Below, piece after piece: positions 39,547-48,979 of a stretch of 64,000 bases of DNA. Numbering within the stretch: the first letter of the stretch is position 1; each line of letters opens with the position of its first letter. The stretch lies in the IMG/VR virus record IMGVR_UViG_3300023278_002893, positions 186,001-250,000 of that record, one strand, 5' to 3'. The notes beneath the pieces are model-generated. The model was not told where the DNA came from and searched no databases. It worked only from the letters and a program-made list of their open reading frames with translations. The position numbers and the translations under genes are program-made.

Positions 39547-40019
39547 GATGTACCTCCGTGATTTAATTCGCTCATTTCCAAATAACAACTATCCCTCTTC
39601 TCGGTGATTTCTTTAGGTAAAGTACTACCCTTTCCCCTCCCACCTTGAAACCGGGGAATCTTCATAAATCTATATGCTAGTTTTATCTGTTCTTTTTTAG
39701 TTACACAATAAGGGAATAGCAACTCTAAAATCTCTAATGTTTTATGGCTACAAACTGACCAGCCATATACTATCTTTCCTTTGACTGTTCGTCTTTTTAT
39801 TTCTAAACATTGCCCATCAAAAATCTCAGCAAGTTTTTCTATTGTGGGTTTGTGTGTCATTCTCACAGAAAGACGCAGTGTATAAGAAGGACTTCTTTCC
39901 CGTCTAGTTTTTGTCTTAGCTCCAGGATAAACTTTACCAACACAATTTACCTTTTGAATGAAAATACTACCTTCTCCATCCACTATTCCCGCAGCCCATG
40001 CTAAATCTGTTTTCTTCAT
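39543..40019 (-). CDS. LAGLIDADG homing endonuclease, free-standing
   Basis: LAWAAGIVDGEGSI; P....KKEQ; stop overlaps the guaB start (ATGA). Confidence 0.88.
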   Translation of the reverse strand: MKKTDLAWAAGIVDGEGSIFIQKVNCVGKVYPGAKTKTRRERSPSYTLRLSVRMTHKPTIEKLAEIFDGQCLEIKRRTVKGKIVYGWSVCSHKTLEILELLFPYCVTKKEQIKLAYRFMKIPRFQGGRGKGSTLPKEITEKRDSCYLEMSELNHGGTS

Positions 40020-40086
40020 AATAATTCCTTTTCTTGTGTCCCATGTTTTTATAGAGTCTGGGACTGAACCCTATCTCTGGAGGAGA

Positions 40087-40245
40087 TTACTCAGGTCTCT
40101 GCGATGACTCCTCAACACAAAGAACCAAGACCGCCTTAATTTCAATAACCTCTTTGCTTTTAAAGGGCAGCGGTGCTTCCTCAAAAAGCGCAGCGCTGGA
40201 AATGGTTCCTGCGCACGTAAGGGCGTGTTCGGTTTTTTCAACCAT
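40087..40245 (-). CDS. 52-aa hypothetical protein (not in track)
   Basis: RBS GGAGGT, then MVEKTEHALTCAGTISS... Confidence 0.45.
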   Translation of the reverse strand: MVEKTEHALTCAGTISSAALFEEAPLPFKSKEVIEIKAVLVLCVEESSQRPE

Positions 40246-40568
40246 AAACACCTCCATAGGTCTTAATTAGATACCCATCCTTCTGGATGTCTACGTCTGA
40301 CCTAAAGGACGTAGCCAAATCTAACTCCTTGTCTGATGGGAGCATTCGCCCTCACCAGTTAAATAATAAGACTAATCTCCCGTAACTTCAATGTTGATTC
40401 CACCGGAACCGTAAGGACCCTTCTTTTTTCTCTTCTTTTTCTTGTCCTCGATTGCGGTAAATCGTCTAGTCTTCTCAGACTCCTTAAAGTCCCGGTCTGC
40501 TTTCCAATCCTTAGCAAACTTCTCGCGATCTTTTTGATCGGCGGGAATATGTTGTCTATGCTCTACCA

Positions 40569-40931
40569 TTAAATCCTCCCATAGTTATCACGGATTCTTT
40601 CCATGTCCGACTCGTCGAAGTCACCAAAAGAAATCTCCATAAATCTAACGTCAAAGCCCTCATTAACATTCTTGACAGAATGCAAAGTGCCTCTTGGTAT
40701 CCAGATAGGGTATTCCCCTACAGCAACGTCTCGCATGAAGATAGTCTCATCACCTACTAGAGCTATAAGTCCCTGATCTAGTGCTATCCACATCTCATCT
40801 CTGTTAGTGTGTTTCTTATAGGACAATGAATGTCCTGCTTTCACTTTAATGATTTTTACAGTAGTTTTTTCGTTCTCACAAAACTTTACGAACTCACCCC
40901 AAGGTCTAGTGGAGACAGTGGGCTCTTCCAT
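40569..40931 (-). CDS. Cupin, mannose-6-phosphate isomerase type II C-terminal-like
   Basis: RPWG, SLSYKKH..RDE.W, H...N, EISFG.FDE.D..R..D.YGR. Confidence 0.85.
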   Translation of the reverse strand: MEEPTVSTRPWGEFVKFCENEKTTVKIIKVKAGHSLSYKKHTNRDEMWIALDQGLIALVGDETIFMRDVAVGEYPIWIPRGTLHSVKNVNEGFDVRFMEISFGDFDESDMERIRDNYGRI

Positions 40932-40993
40932 ATTTAAACCCCCTATAAATATTATGAAACTTATTTTAGTAAAACTATATGGTATCTACTGTA

Positions 40994-42310
40994 TTACTCC
41001 ATAGACGCAGCGAGAGTAAGTCCATTACTCACCGCGTGCAGTGGATCCGCTGCGTGCCTAACCTCTGAAATCTCGATAGGCATGTTCACCGCGCCCAGGG
41101 CCTGTTCGAACTTCTGAATGAAGCCTCGCGGTAGAGATGTACCTCCTGCCACTATAAGTGGGACAGGATCCCTGAACTTGGGTAGAGATGGAGAACTTGC
41201 TAGATCGTGTGCTATGTTCTCTAGGGTATATACTAGGAGGTTACCGTAATACACAGAGATCGCAGCTTGGATCTGATTTCCCGGCTCCGGATTCATAAGA
41301 TCTAGATCTGGGTGTTCCTTCTCCTGCTGGATAATGCTAGGAGTAAGGTTAGTTGCCGTGGCTGCCTGTTGATCTACCCAGTCCCCCGATCTAGAGGTAC
41401 TAAAGGTAACCACAGGATCACCTGCGGAAAGAACAGCCACGTTCATCATTCCCGCACCGCAAGATATTGCGATGCCTGTAAGTCCTTCGTCAAGCAACTC
41501 CGAATAAGCAAGAGCTTCCGCTTCATTCATCGGTTGGGCATCAAATCCTAAACTATCAATAAAAGACTTGATCATGTCCTGGTGAAAGAGTTGATCGAAT
41601 TCAGCATCAATGGGTTTGGCAGGGACAGAGAATACCAAAACCTCATTCTCGGTCTTAGGCTCGCCTACAATCCTCTTAATGAGTTCTTGTAGGATAGGAA
41701 ATGCTTCACTTTCCTGGGGAGCTAAAACTCCACGATGCATGGGTCTCCGAGTGGTGATGTGTCTTTCGTTAGCCATTAGGAATGCATCTTCACCGATGAC
41801 ATAAAAACCGTCGTCCTTTTCTATGTAGGGGGCTTTTCGATCATCTAACCCCTTCTTGAGAATGCTTCGATTGATCTTAGATTTCGGCTCTATTTTGATA
41901 AAGCAATCTCGCATCTTCTTGAAACCAATCTTACCATCATTACCAAAGCGTCCGGCAACGAGGAAAGAGGTTCCGACATCAAGACCTACTCCGTTTGGAA
42001 CATCTTCATCAGGCATAATGAACTCCTTCTTCTTGAGAATTTCTCTCTTCTGAATATCTACAGGCGGTTGAAAGGTAGGTACTACTACCTCTTCTTCCTG
42101 TTCTTCCCCCTCCTGCATTGGAGGTGGAGCAGGTTTTTTCTTTGTATCTTTTTTGCGCCGTTTCTTTCCCACTTGCCGACGTACATCTTCCTTGTGACGT
42201 GTCCTTACGTTCCCGGAAGGAAGTTTAGACGCATCAATGGTTCGGATACCGTCTTTACCTGTCTTAACTACTCCCTTCGCCTCCAAATCCCGAACGCGTG
42301 GATCCGCCAT
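40994..42310 (-). CDS. Actin-like ATPase (MreB/MamK/ParM superfamily) with a charged N-terminal extension
   Basis: Phosphate-1 GLDVGTS, connect-1 MNEAEA, phosphate-2 SCGAG, GDWVD, adenosine IVAGGTS. Confidence 0.88.
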   Translation of the reverse strand: MADPRVRDLEAKGVVKTGKDGIRTIDASKLPSGNVRTRHKEDVRRQVGKKRRKKDTKKKPAPPPMQEGEEQEEEVVVPTFQPPVDIQKREILKKKEFIMPDEDVPNGVGLDVGTSFLVAGRFGNDGKIGFKKMRDCFIKIEPKSKINRSILKKGLDDRKAPYIEKDDGFYVIGEDAFLMANERHITTRRPMHRGVLAPQESEAFPILQELIKRIVGEPKTENEVLVFSVPAKPIDAEFDQLFHQDMIKSFIDSLGFDAQPMNEAEALAYSELLDEGLTGIAISCGAGMMNVAVLSAGDPVVTFSTSRSGDWVDQQAATATNLTPSIIQQEKEHPDLDLMNPEPGNQIQAAISVYYGNLLVYTLENIAHDLASSPSLPKFRDPVPLIVAGGTSLPRGFIQKFEQALGAVNMPIEISEVRHAADPLHAVSNGLTLAASME

Positions 42311-42840
42311 TACTTAGATCCCTTTATCTCCCGCAGGCGCCTCAACTTAGCGGCAGCATCTTCCTCCCCCTCAGACTCCTCCGCAAGTGTGTCTCCGTGA
42401 CTAATACTAACCTCAGAATCTTTATGAGCAATAGAGGTTAGGCTGGTGTGCTTCATACCAGGTCGAGACGTGGGTTTTACAAGACCTGTTCCCACCCCAC
42501 CACCTGAGGAATTGGATATAGAGGACACCACTTCTGTCAGCGCCTCCTTAAGCGCGATAGCAAGTGTATCTGCATCAATGCCATTAGACTCAGCGGGTCT
42601 CCCAAGCAATTCGTTCAACTCCAATGCGAGCTTAATTTGCTCGACCTGCTCGGCATCCGCTTCGTGAAGCCTACCCTCCTTAATAAGCTTGAGTAGATTC
42701 TCTCTGTTATACTTACGCCCTCTTTGTTCTTGGGCGGCTCTAGTTCGCCTTTCGGCATCTGCAACACCCGGCACTGTTTTATCTCCCTTCCAAAATGTCA
42801 AGAAGTTTATCACTCCCCGCGCTCTCGACCTCAGACTCAT
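42310..42840 (-). CDS. Hypothetical protein coupled to the actin gene (candidate adaptor)
   Basis: TAATG overlap; helical N-half, flexible linker, C-terminal AAAKLRRLREIK helix. Confidence 0.55.
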   Translation of the reverse strand: MSLRSRARGVINFLTFWKGDKTVPGVADAERRTRAAQEQRGRKYNRENLLKLIKEGRLHEADAEQVEQIKLALELNELLGRPAESNGIDADTLAIALKEALTEVVSSISNSSGGGVGTGLVKPTSRPGMKHTSLTSIAHKDSEVSISHGDTLAEESEGEEDAAAKLRRLREIKGSK

Positions 42841-43222
42841 GATTACCTCCGCTACCCGAACCGTTTTCCAGCTTTACAATATGTGATTTCATTTCTGCTA
42901 TTTCTCCAGCATGCTTGTTCACTCTCTTCTTATTACCAGAAAATAAATCATAAGACTTGGAAGCCGTCATATAAGTAGCGACCGCAATGAGTAATTGACT
43001 CATCCCAAACTTCCCCACCTCCACAACATTCCCATCTAAAACTTCGAGGATCTCCAGTTCCGGGGTATGCCAAAACCACCACAGAGGGCAAACGACTAAC
43101 GCAACGACAAAAGACACAACATCAGCCTTATACCTGAAGGAGAAGTTCTTCTTCAAGAGCTGAGTTATGAATATGATTATCGGAACCGCTGCTGCGTTGC
43201 CTAAGAGGGCAAACTCCTCCAA
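42779..43222 (-). CDS. Membrane protein with ~3 TM segments (holin-like)
   Basis: Three hydrophobic stretches and a charged C-terminal tail. Confidence 0.55.
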   Translation of the reverse strand: MEEFALLGNAAAVPIIIFITQLLKKNFSFRYKADVVSFVVALVVCPLWWFWHTPELEILEVLDGNVVEVGKFGMSQLLIAVATYMTASKSYDLFSGNKKRVNKHAGEIAEMKSHIVKLENGSGSGGNHESEVESAGSDKLLDILEGR

Positions 43223-43232
43223 AGGCTACCTC

Positions 43233-43766
43233 CTAATATAATCCTCCAAGCACGTCATGTGCTACTTGCTGAGAATTCATCTTATCTCTCAGAACATGGC
43301 TGTGGTCATCTACGTATTCCAACAGAGCTTCGAAATCCGCGAATATCTGAGTAGTTTCACCGATCAACCACGTCGGTATATCCTTTAGGGTAAAATCGGT
43401 TACCAGATACACTGGGCGACCTTCGCGGAAAGATTCCCACGCTTCAGAGATGGTACCCGCACCCCGCTGGACGGACTCATCGTAATATACGATAATGGCG
43501 TCGGACATCTGGATCGCATACATGTCCTTTCGGAACAGTACTTTCCGCACCAGACTTCTTACCTCATCCAACTTTCCATCACACTTCAGTTGGGTTAGGC
43601 GTGTTTGGATTGGGACGTCGTGGTCGAGTTCCTCTTCGACAATCTCAAGCTTAACAGGGTTAATCGCCTCGTGCCGTCTATTTTCGAGTTCCTGTGTAAC
43701 CCACTCTCTCCAACCCATTCCCAAATTCTTCTTGTACTCCATGCCTCCTGATAAATAAAATATCAT
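43233..43766 (-). CDS. Nucleoside 2-deoxyribosyltransferase-like protein
   Basis: YLSGGM...WR, D...I..SD, GAGTISE. Confidence 0.75.
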   Translation of the reverse strand: MIFYLSGGMEYKKNLGMGWREWVTQELENRRHEAINPVKLEIVEEELDHDVPIQTRLTQLKCDGKLDEVRSLVRKVLFRKDMYAIQMSDAIIVYYDESVQRGAGTISEAWESFREGRPVYLVTDFTLKDIPTWLIGETTQIFADFEALLEYVDDHSHVLRDKMNSQQVAHDVLGGLY

Positions 43767-44371
43767 GCGTAATACTCCTTAGCAACCTCCACCATCTCTC
43801 TCCAGTTATAGACACGGGTGAGTCTGCCTTTGTTGTCCTCAAGTTCGTGAGGATCTGTGGACAGGTGTTGATTCCAAGGTTGATCCCTCATAATAACATC
43901 AATACCTGCATTTACTAAATTTGTTATTTGCCAAACCTCGTCTTCGATCATGACTTGGATTCCAGATAACTTACAGAATTCAGCCTTATCCGAAACGTGG
44001 AATATGTCGTCATAATAAGCGGTGTTTTTATTTAACCACTTGCGGGTATCTTCCATAATAACAGGATGATTTTCACGAGCGGTGACAAAGTAAATCTTTA
44101 TATCCGGCCCAAGTTGTTTTTTAAGATCCCGAGTGAGAAGACTATTATCTTCTTCAAGTGGGGGAATCTTGGCAAACAACCGGTTTTCAATATAAAGAGT
44201 CTTGCGCATATCCTTTGGACGGGTTTCTCTAGTTAATCCGAAGACCTCTTCAATATGATATGCTTCTATTTCATAATCTGGTTCTAACCCGTAGTGTTCT
44301 TTGAGTGCGGGAATTGCACCTGCCATATAGTCCGCCACACAACCATCGCAATCGATTCCAATTTTTTTCAA
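43763..44371 (-). CDS. HAD 5'(3')-deoxyribonucleotidase-like protein
   Basis: IGIDCDGCVAD, FVTAR, K, IED, PWN. Confidence 0.82.
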   Translation of the reverse strand: MKKIGIDCDGCVADYMAGAIPALKEHYGLEPDYEIEAYHIEEVFGLTRETRPKDMRKTLYIENRLFAKIPPLEEDNSLLTRDLKKQLGPDIKIYFVTARENHPVIMEDTRKWLNKNTAYYDDIFHVSDKAEFCKLSGIQVMIEDEVWQITNLVNAGIDVIMRDQPWNQHLSTDPHELEDNKGRLTRVYNWREMVEVAKEYYA

Positions 44372-44385
44372 TTATCCATCCTTAT

Positions 44386-44631
44386 CTAGTAGAAATCTGC
44401 GTCTTCTGGTTCATTCCCATAACCTAGCTCATATGCCTCGTCAATATCCAGATACATATGGGTGGGCCAGAAAGAAATACGTCTTCGGGTTTTGGGATAC
44501 CAGTCCTTACTATACTTACACTTGGGAAACTGATCACACCCCACGAAGAGCGCACCGCTTGCTTTATTTGTTCTTTTTACGGTGGCTCCCTCGTTGCAGT
44601 GGGGACAGCTTTGTCCTGTCTTCTTCATCAC
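44386..44631 (-). CDS. Topoisomerase-type C4 zinc-ribbon protein
   Basis: CPHC...G.LFVGCDQFPKCKY. Confidence 0.8.
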   Translation of the reverse strand: MMKKTGQSCPHCNEGATVKRTNKASGALFVGCDQFPKCKYSKDWYPKTRRRISFWPTHMYLDIDEAYELGYGNEPEDADFY

Positions 44632-44848
44632 TCGGCTCCTCTTCTAATGAACCAAAATAACTTGTAAGCCATTCATTTACGCCGTGAATCTTATCGGGAA
44701 CCACGTCAGTGATTATACGCCATTGCTTATACTCTTTATTGACGTAGGCTATTACCAACTCTTCGTCCCAGATGAAGGAGAGTTTATTCTCGTCTCTCCA
44801 CTCCAGGCTCCTTTCAGCAATAATACGATTTAATTCCCGGGAAGTCAA
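44564..44848 (-). CDS. Hypothetical protein
   Basis: ORF track. Confidence 0.45.
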   Translation of the reverse strand: MTSRELNRIIAERSLEWRDENKLSFIWDEELVIAYVNKEYKQWRIITDVVPDKIHGVNEWLTSYFGSLEEEPSDEEDRTKLSPLQRGSHRKKNK

Positions 44849-45159
44849 TTAATTTGTGCCCACCGAAGAGCAATTTCCCTCTTTTCCACCAAAGAGGTTG
44901 ATGCCTTTATAACATCTCCTACATTGTCGGGAAGCTGGTTATTGATCTTCAGGTACTTTAGTAATGCGTAATCTATTAGAGCATCTATCTCAAGGGCGTC
45001 CGGAGCATCTGGATCACCAGCAATACCACTCATAAGTCGAAGTTTTATGTCCCGGTACTTACTAGATGCGGTAGCCAGCATAAGACCGAAAGAATCCAGA
45101 TCCTTCAATTTGGAACCCTTCGCTTGTAGAAAATATCGAGCCTTAGTAATATCATTCAT
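44845..45159 (-). CDS. Hypothetical protein
   Basis: ORF track; RBS GAGGT. Confidence 0.5.
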   Translation of the reverse strand: MNDITKARYFLQAKGSKLKDLDSFGLMLATASSKYRDIKLRLMSGIAGDPDAPDALEIDALIDYALLKYLKINNQLPDNVGDVIKASTSLVEKREIALRWAQIN

Positions 45160-45188
45160 TTCAATTATACCTCATATATGTATTTTTA

Positions 45189-45926
45189 TCAAGGCGTGCA
45201 AATTTTTATTAGCGACATCTGCAATAACATCTTCTCATCATACTGCCAAGTCCTAATGAGACGGTCTAGCTTCTGCATCTCTTGCAGGGCGTTGTCTATA
45301 TCCTCACCCGACCACTCTCTGAGGGCAGGCATGGTCTTCTTGACACGATAGACGTGCTGCTTGATTTCCCTAGCGATAACTTCCGCTGAGCTTCCCTGGT
45401 GCTGCTTGATCTTCTTCAATAGAAGGATATGACCCGAGAGCAGCGAGAATAAAGCCAAAGGATTATAATCATTGGCAAACAGAAGATTACTCTGTTGGAT
45501 GACCCGCGCCGCATTCTTAAAGTTCAAAGAATCCAGCAGGTCAAATGGTTTTATCTCTGGCTTATTTAGTTCCTTAACGATGAAGTTCTTCTTTACTAAC
45601 TTACCCAGTCTCGTAGTCTTGTTCCAGGACTTGGATATTAGGATAAGAGCGTTGGTAGGTATCGGGTTCTCTAATAGAGAAGATGCCAGTTCTTCTATCT
45701 GTCCAAACTTAGTATCTGCATTTCTGATCACGATAACTTTTGAATCGGCGAAAAGATCATTTGCATTATATTCAGTAGTTAGATTACCAATACGTATATC
45801 ATCTATAGCGGCATCGTAACGCAGCCAAGACGCGGACGCATACTGCTTCTCTAGATCAGGAAGATACTTCTTCTCAATCATATCTGCATCGTCTCCATAG
45901 ACGAAGTAGAATCCTTTTACTGGCAT
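45189..45926 (-). CDS. holA: DNA polymerase III delta-like clamp-loader subunit
   Basis: YFVYGDD, DLFADSKVIVIRN, PFDLLDSL, HVYRVKK, LD..I C-terminal collar pattern; shorter than typical HolA. Confidence 0.7.
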   Translation of the reverse strand: MPVKGFYFVYGDDADMIEKKYLPDLEKQYASASWLRYDAAIDDIRIGNLTTEYNANDLFADSKVIVIRNADTKFGQIEELASSLLENPIPTNALILISKSWNKTTRLGKLVKKNFIVKELNKPEIKPFDLLDSLNFKNAARVIQQSNLLFANDYNPLALFSLLSGHILLLKKIKQHQGSSAEVIAREIKQHVYRVKKTMPALREWSGEDIDNALQEMQKLDRLIRTWQYDEKMLLQMSLIKICTP

Positions 45927-46267
45927 ATATGTCCTTGTTCTACAATATAACGCACAGAGACCAAACTTTCTGCAACATCGTGAAGTGCCCGTACTTTATC
46001 CCCAATGTACTGCTCGCATTCATTTATATCAAATCTGATAGGAGCTGCTGTGGAGATAAAGGGCGGATCATACAACCCATCCGCGGTTGTAACATATATT
46101 TTTTCGAAGAATTTATTGAGTTCAAAAATATCTTTGTTTAGCTTCCGTATATAAGCATACGCTGCCGTCTTATCTCTCATAGAAAACTCTTCATATTTTC
46201 TCAACACCCCTGCAATCTTCTGATGGATTCTATGAATGTCCTGTACGTCATGTACTGCTTGTAACAT
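45917..46267 (-). CDS. Hypothetical protein
   Basis: ORF track. Confidence 0.45.
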   Translation of the reverse strand: MLQAVHDVQDIHRIHQKIAGVLRKYEEFSMRDKTAAYAYIRKLNKDIFELNKFFEKIYVTTADGLYDPPFISTAAPIRFDINECEQYIGDKVRALHDVAESLVSVRYIVEQGHICQ

Positions 46268-46318
46268 AATAAACTCCTCATTCTCCCCTAAAAGACAGAC
46301 GTGTGTGAAAAAAAATTA

Positions 46319-46696
46319 CTATAAGCTTTCTTTAAACTGGAAAGTTCCTAGTACCTCAAGTCGATCACTGAATATTTTGACAGCCTTACGAAATAACCTC
46401 TCAACAGCATCTGCATTTTCAAAAGTAAGATTCGCGTATTCCACTATTTGAGACTCTCTATTACGACTAAAGTCTGAAAATTTCAAAGCTCTCTTTTTGA
46501 TTACACCAGGACGCTCGATTTTTTCTCTTATCTGGAAAATTTCCAGATAGAACTCGTATCCAAACTGTATGTGCTCTTCAATGATTTTATGTTCTTCATC
46601 TGTGACGTCCAAACTTAAGTTTATGGAATACAATCGTCGCAGATCCGACTCCAGATCTCTATTACGTGTATAACTCTTTTTAATGTTAATTTTCAT
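46319..46696 (-). CDS. Hypothetical protein
   Basis: ORF track. Confidence 0.45.
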   Translation of the reverse strand: MKINIKKSYTRNRDLESDLRRLYSINLSLDVTDEEHKIIEEHIQFGYEFYLEIFQIREKIERPGVIKKRALKFSDFSRNRESQIVEYANLTFENADAVERLFRKAVKIFSDRLEVLGTFQFKESL

Positions 46697-47400
46697 TTTT
46701 CTTTCCCCTTTGCCTGAAATTCTTTTTCAGTCATTGTGCCCTTCCTTAAATTACAACTTGGGCAGGTTAGTGCTATATTTTCTTTAGTGTTACTTCCATT
46801 ACGACTGAGTGGTGTTTTGTGATCTGCGTGATAATCTGTAGGTAGTTTGGTTCCACAATAATAACACCTATTGTTCTGTATTTTCAATAAATCTTCTAAA
46901 TCTCCAATTGTAAACCAATTACTTCTTCTACCCTTCCTACGACGCCTCAACAAACTATGAACTTTATAATATCCCAAAGTTCTAGATTTACCATGGGTAG
47001 TTACTGCTTCTAATTGTCCGCAGCCGCAACTTCTTGTTTTCCCAGATCTTAATGTTGCGCCTTTAGTGACGTGAATGTTTCCACAATCACAAAGGCATTT
47101 GAACCTCATGTTTCCCCACTTGTCTTGATGAGAAAATTCTAACACTTTCAACTTTCCAAAACGACCACCCTTACGTACAGGTTTAAGTTGTCTTTTGTGG
47201 GTAGACTCTGCGATGAAGCACCCACAACTTCTAGTGTGTCCTCCACGAAGAGATTGACCTAGGACCTTCTTTTCTTTTCCACAATCACAAATACAATCCC
47301 AGGTAGTTCTATTTGAAAGTTTAGAACTGGATAACCCCACAACCAGAAGTTTGCCAAAACGTTTTCCAGTATGATCGTATTTTAACGGTCTCTTACTCAT
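46693..47400 (-). CDS. HNH homing endonuclease, paralog of 14033..14761
   Basis: GKRFGKL.V/C.CDCG/SCGC twice; CYYC...HADHKTPLSRNG.N...CPSCN. Confidence 0.85.
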   Translation of the reverse strand: MSKRPLKYDHTGKRFGKLLVVGLSSSKLSNRTTWDCICDCGKEKKVLGQSLRGGHTRSCGCFIAESTHKRQLKPVRKGGRFGKLKVLEFSHQDKWGNMRFKCLCDCGNIHVTKGATLRSGKTRSCGCGQLEAVTTHGKSRTLGYYKVHSLLRRRRKGRRSNWFTIGDLEDLLKIQNNRCYYCGTKLPTDYHADHKTPLSRNGSNTKENIALTCPSCNLRKGTMTEKEFQAKGKEK

Positions 47401-48368
47401 GTTATCAAAGACATTCTAATGATGCCCATTTCAAGCACCGACTTACTGTTAGGTGTGGCGGTGAAATTCCTCTCCACATCCAAACAAATGTTGAACAGGT
47501 TCTGCAGATGGTTCAAATCAAACACAGGGGCATGTTCTGGCAAATGCTGACGTGCGGGAGTCTTCATTCCAAAATTCTCGAGCGAAAAATAATACCACCA
47601 TTTACCCAAAGTCTGAATGATTACACGTGCGTCTTCTTTTTTCCTAAGGTTTCCCACCAGTTCCAAAGAGGTTGCGAGATCTGCAGCGTAAAGAGAACTG
47701 ACCAAATCAAAGTAAACAGAAGCATTACTTTCAACATCTTCGCCTGAAAGATACTTTTGTAGAAGGGTGAGTCCGTCTCGAACACTTCCCTCAGCACGGA
47801 TTGCAACATCATGAATCACCTCACTCGATAGGCTAAGACCTTCCTTTTCAGATACCTGCTTGTAATACTCATTCAGGGTATCTGTATCTACATCCGTGAA
47901 TTCATACAAAGCACATCGAGACCTTACGGTCGGGATAAGCTTGTGCGGTTCCGTGGTGGACAGAATGAAGGTTGTATTGGGCGGTGGTTCTTCCAGGGTC
48001 TTGAGTAGGGCATTGAACGCGTTCTTAGAAAGCATGTGCGCTTCGTCAAGGATAATAACCTTGTGACCCTTACTGGAGTACCTAATTCCTTCAATCATCT
48101 CTCTCACGCTATCTACGCCTGTGTTAGACGCAGCGTCGACCTCACTTACCACCATTGACATCTCAGCTTCAGATAGTTCTGGATTGAGAAGTCTGGCTAC
48201 AATCCTGGCGGAGGTGGTCTTTCCACATCCTCTTGTACCGGCAAAGATAAGGGCGTGGCCAAGGGTACCCTTCGTCAGTGCGCTTTCTAATTGCTTTACT
48301 GTCCCATCCTGGCCAATGACCTCAGAGAAATCCTGGGGTCTGTACTTAAGCGCTAATACATCGCTCAT
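47397..48368 (-). CDS. dnaX: DNA polymerase III gamma/tau-like clamp-loader ATPase
   Basis: LALKYRP..F.EVIGQ, GTRGCGKTT, DAASNTGVD, ILDEAHML...FNALLKTLEEPP, SRC, GSVRD. Confidence 0.93.
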   Translation of the reverse strand: MSDVLALKYRPQDFSEVIGQDGTVKQLESALTKGTLGHALIFAGTRGCGKTTSARIVARLLNPELSEAEMSMVVSEVDAASNTGVDSVREMIEGIRYSSKGHKVIILDEAHMLSKNAFNALLKTLEEPPPNTTFILSTTEPHKLIPTVRSRCALYEFTDVDTDTLNEYYKQVSEKEGLSLSSEVIHDVAIRAEGSVRDGLTLLQKYLSGEDVESNASVYFDLVSSLYAADLATSLELVGNLRKKEDARVIIQTLGKWWYYFSLENFGMKTPARQHLPEHAPVFDLNHLQNLFNICLDVERNFTATPNSKSVLEMGIIRMSLIT

Positions 48369-48390
48369 AGTTAAATCCTTTCCTTATGTT

Positions 48391-48624
48391 TTACTCCAAC
48401 AGACCTAAAGCTGCCTTTACCTTGTCGTTATGTGTGTAGTCCTCGGGATCAACCTTCCAGTTACCCTTCATCCGATGACGTCCCCAATGGGCGCCGCAAT
48501 CATCACAGATGAACCAACGGGTGTCGGGCATCATTCTTAAGAACCGATAATCTGAGGGCGCGTCCGTCATTGAGGCGTCGCAGCACTTTGAACGGATGTC
48601 CTCGTAACTTCTTTCCTCTGCCAT
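48391..48624 (-). CDS. Small zinc-binding hypothetical protein
   Basis: SKCC...CDDCG; RBS AAGGAG. Confidence 0.5.
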   Translation of the reverse strand: MAEERSYEDIRSKCCDASMTDAPSDYRFLRMMPDTRWFICDDCGAHWGRHRMKGNWKVDPEDYTHNDKVKAALGLLE

Positions 48625-48979
48625 GTTGTTCTCCTTAAAACGTAATTTTAGCTAGGTTTATTTGTAGCACACTTTGATGTAGGTACACCAATAGAGAAGA
48701 GTGTTATAGGTAACTCTGTAATGTAAACAGTGAGGGCCTCTAACGAGACCTTTATACTATCACTGTCGATTGTGTCGCCCATTTATAATATTCCTCAATC
48801 TGCGAAGCTTGAAAGGCCATCTGTCTTTTAGTATCCGGGTACATTGTTCTCGACTAACGGCAGAATACACATCTCCGCCTAAGAGTCTAATAATTATCTT
48901 CAGTCGCTCTCGTACTATATAAACACCAACTTCAGAAAGGTGCTTTTTATTTACGAGATTGATTACAACACTGATGGAC

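Noticed and set aside
38476-40019. Group I intron or intein in guaB
   Set aside because: guaB is complete from LTFDDV onward; the LAGLIDADG gene is simply upstream
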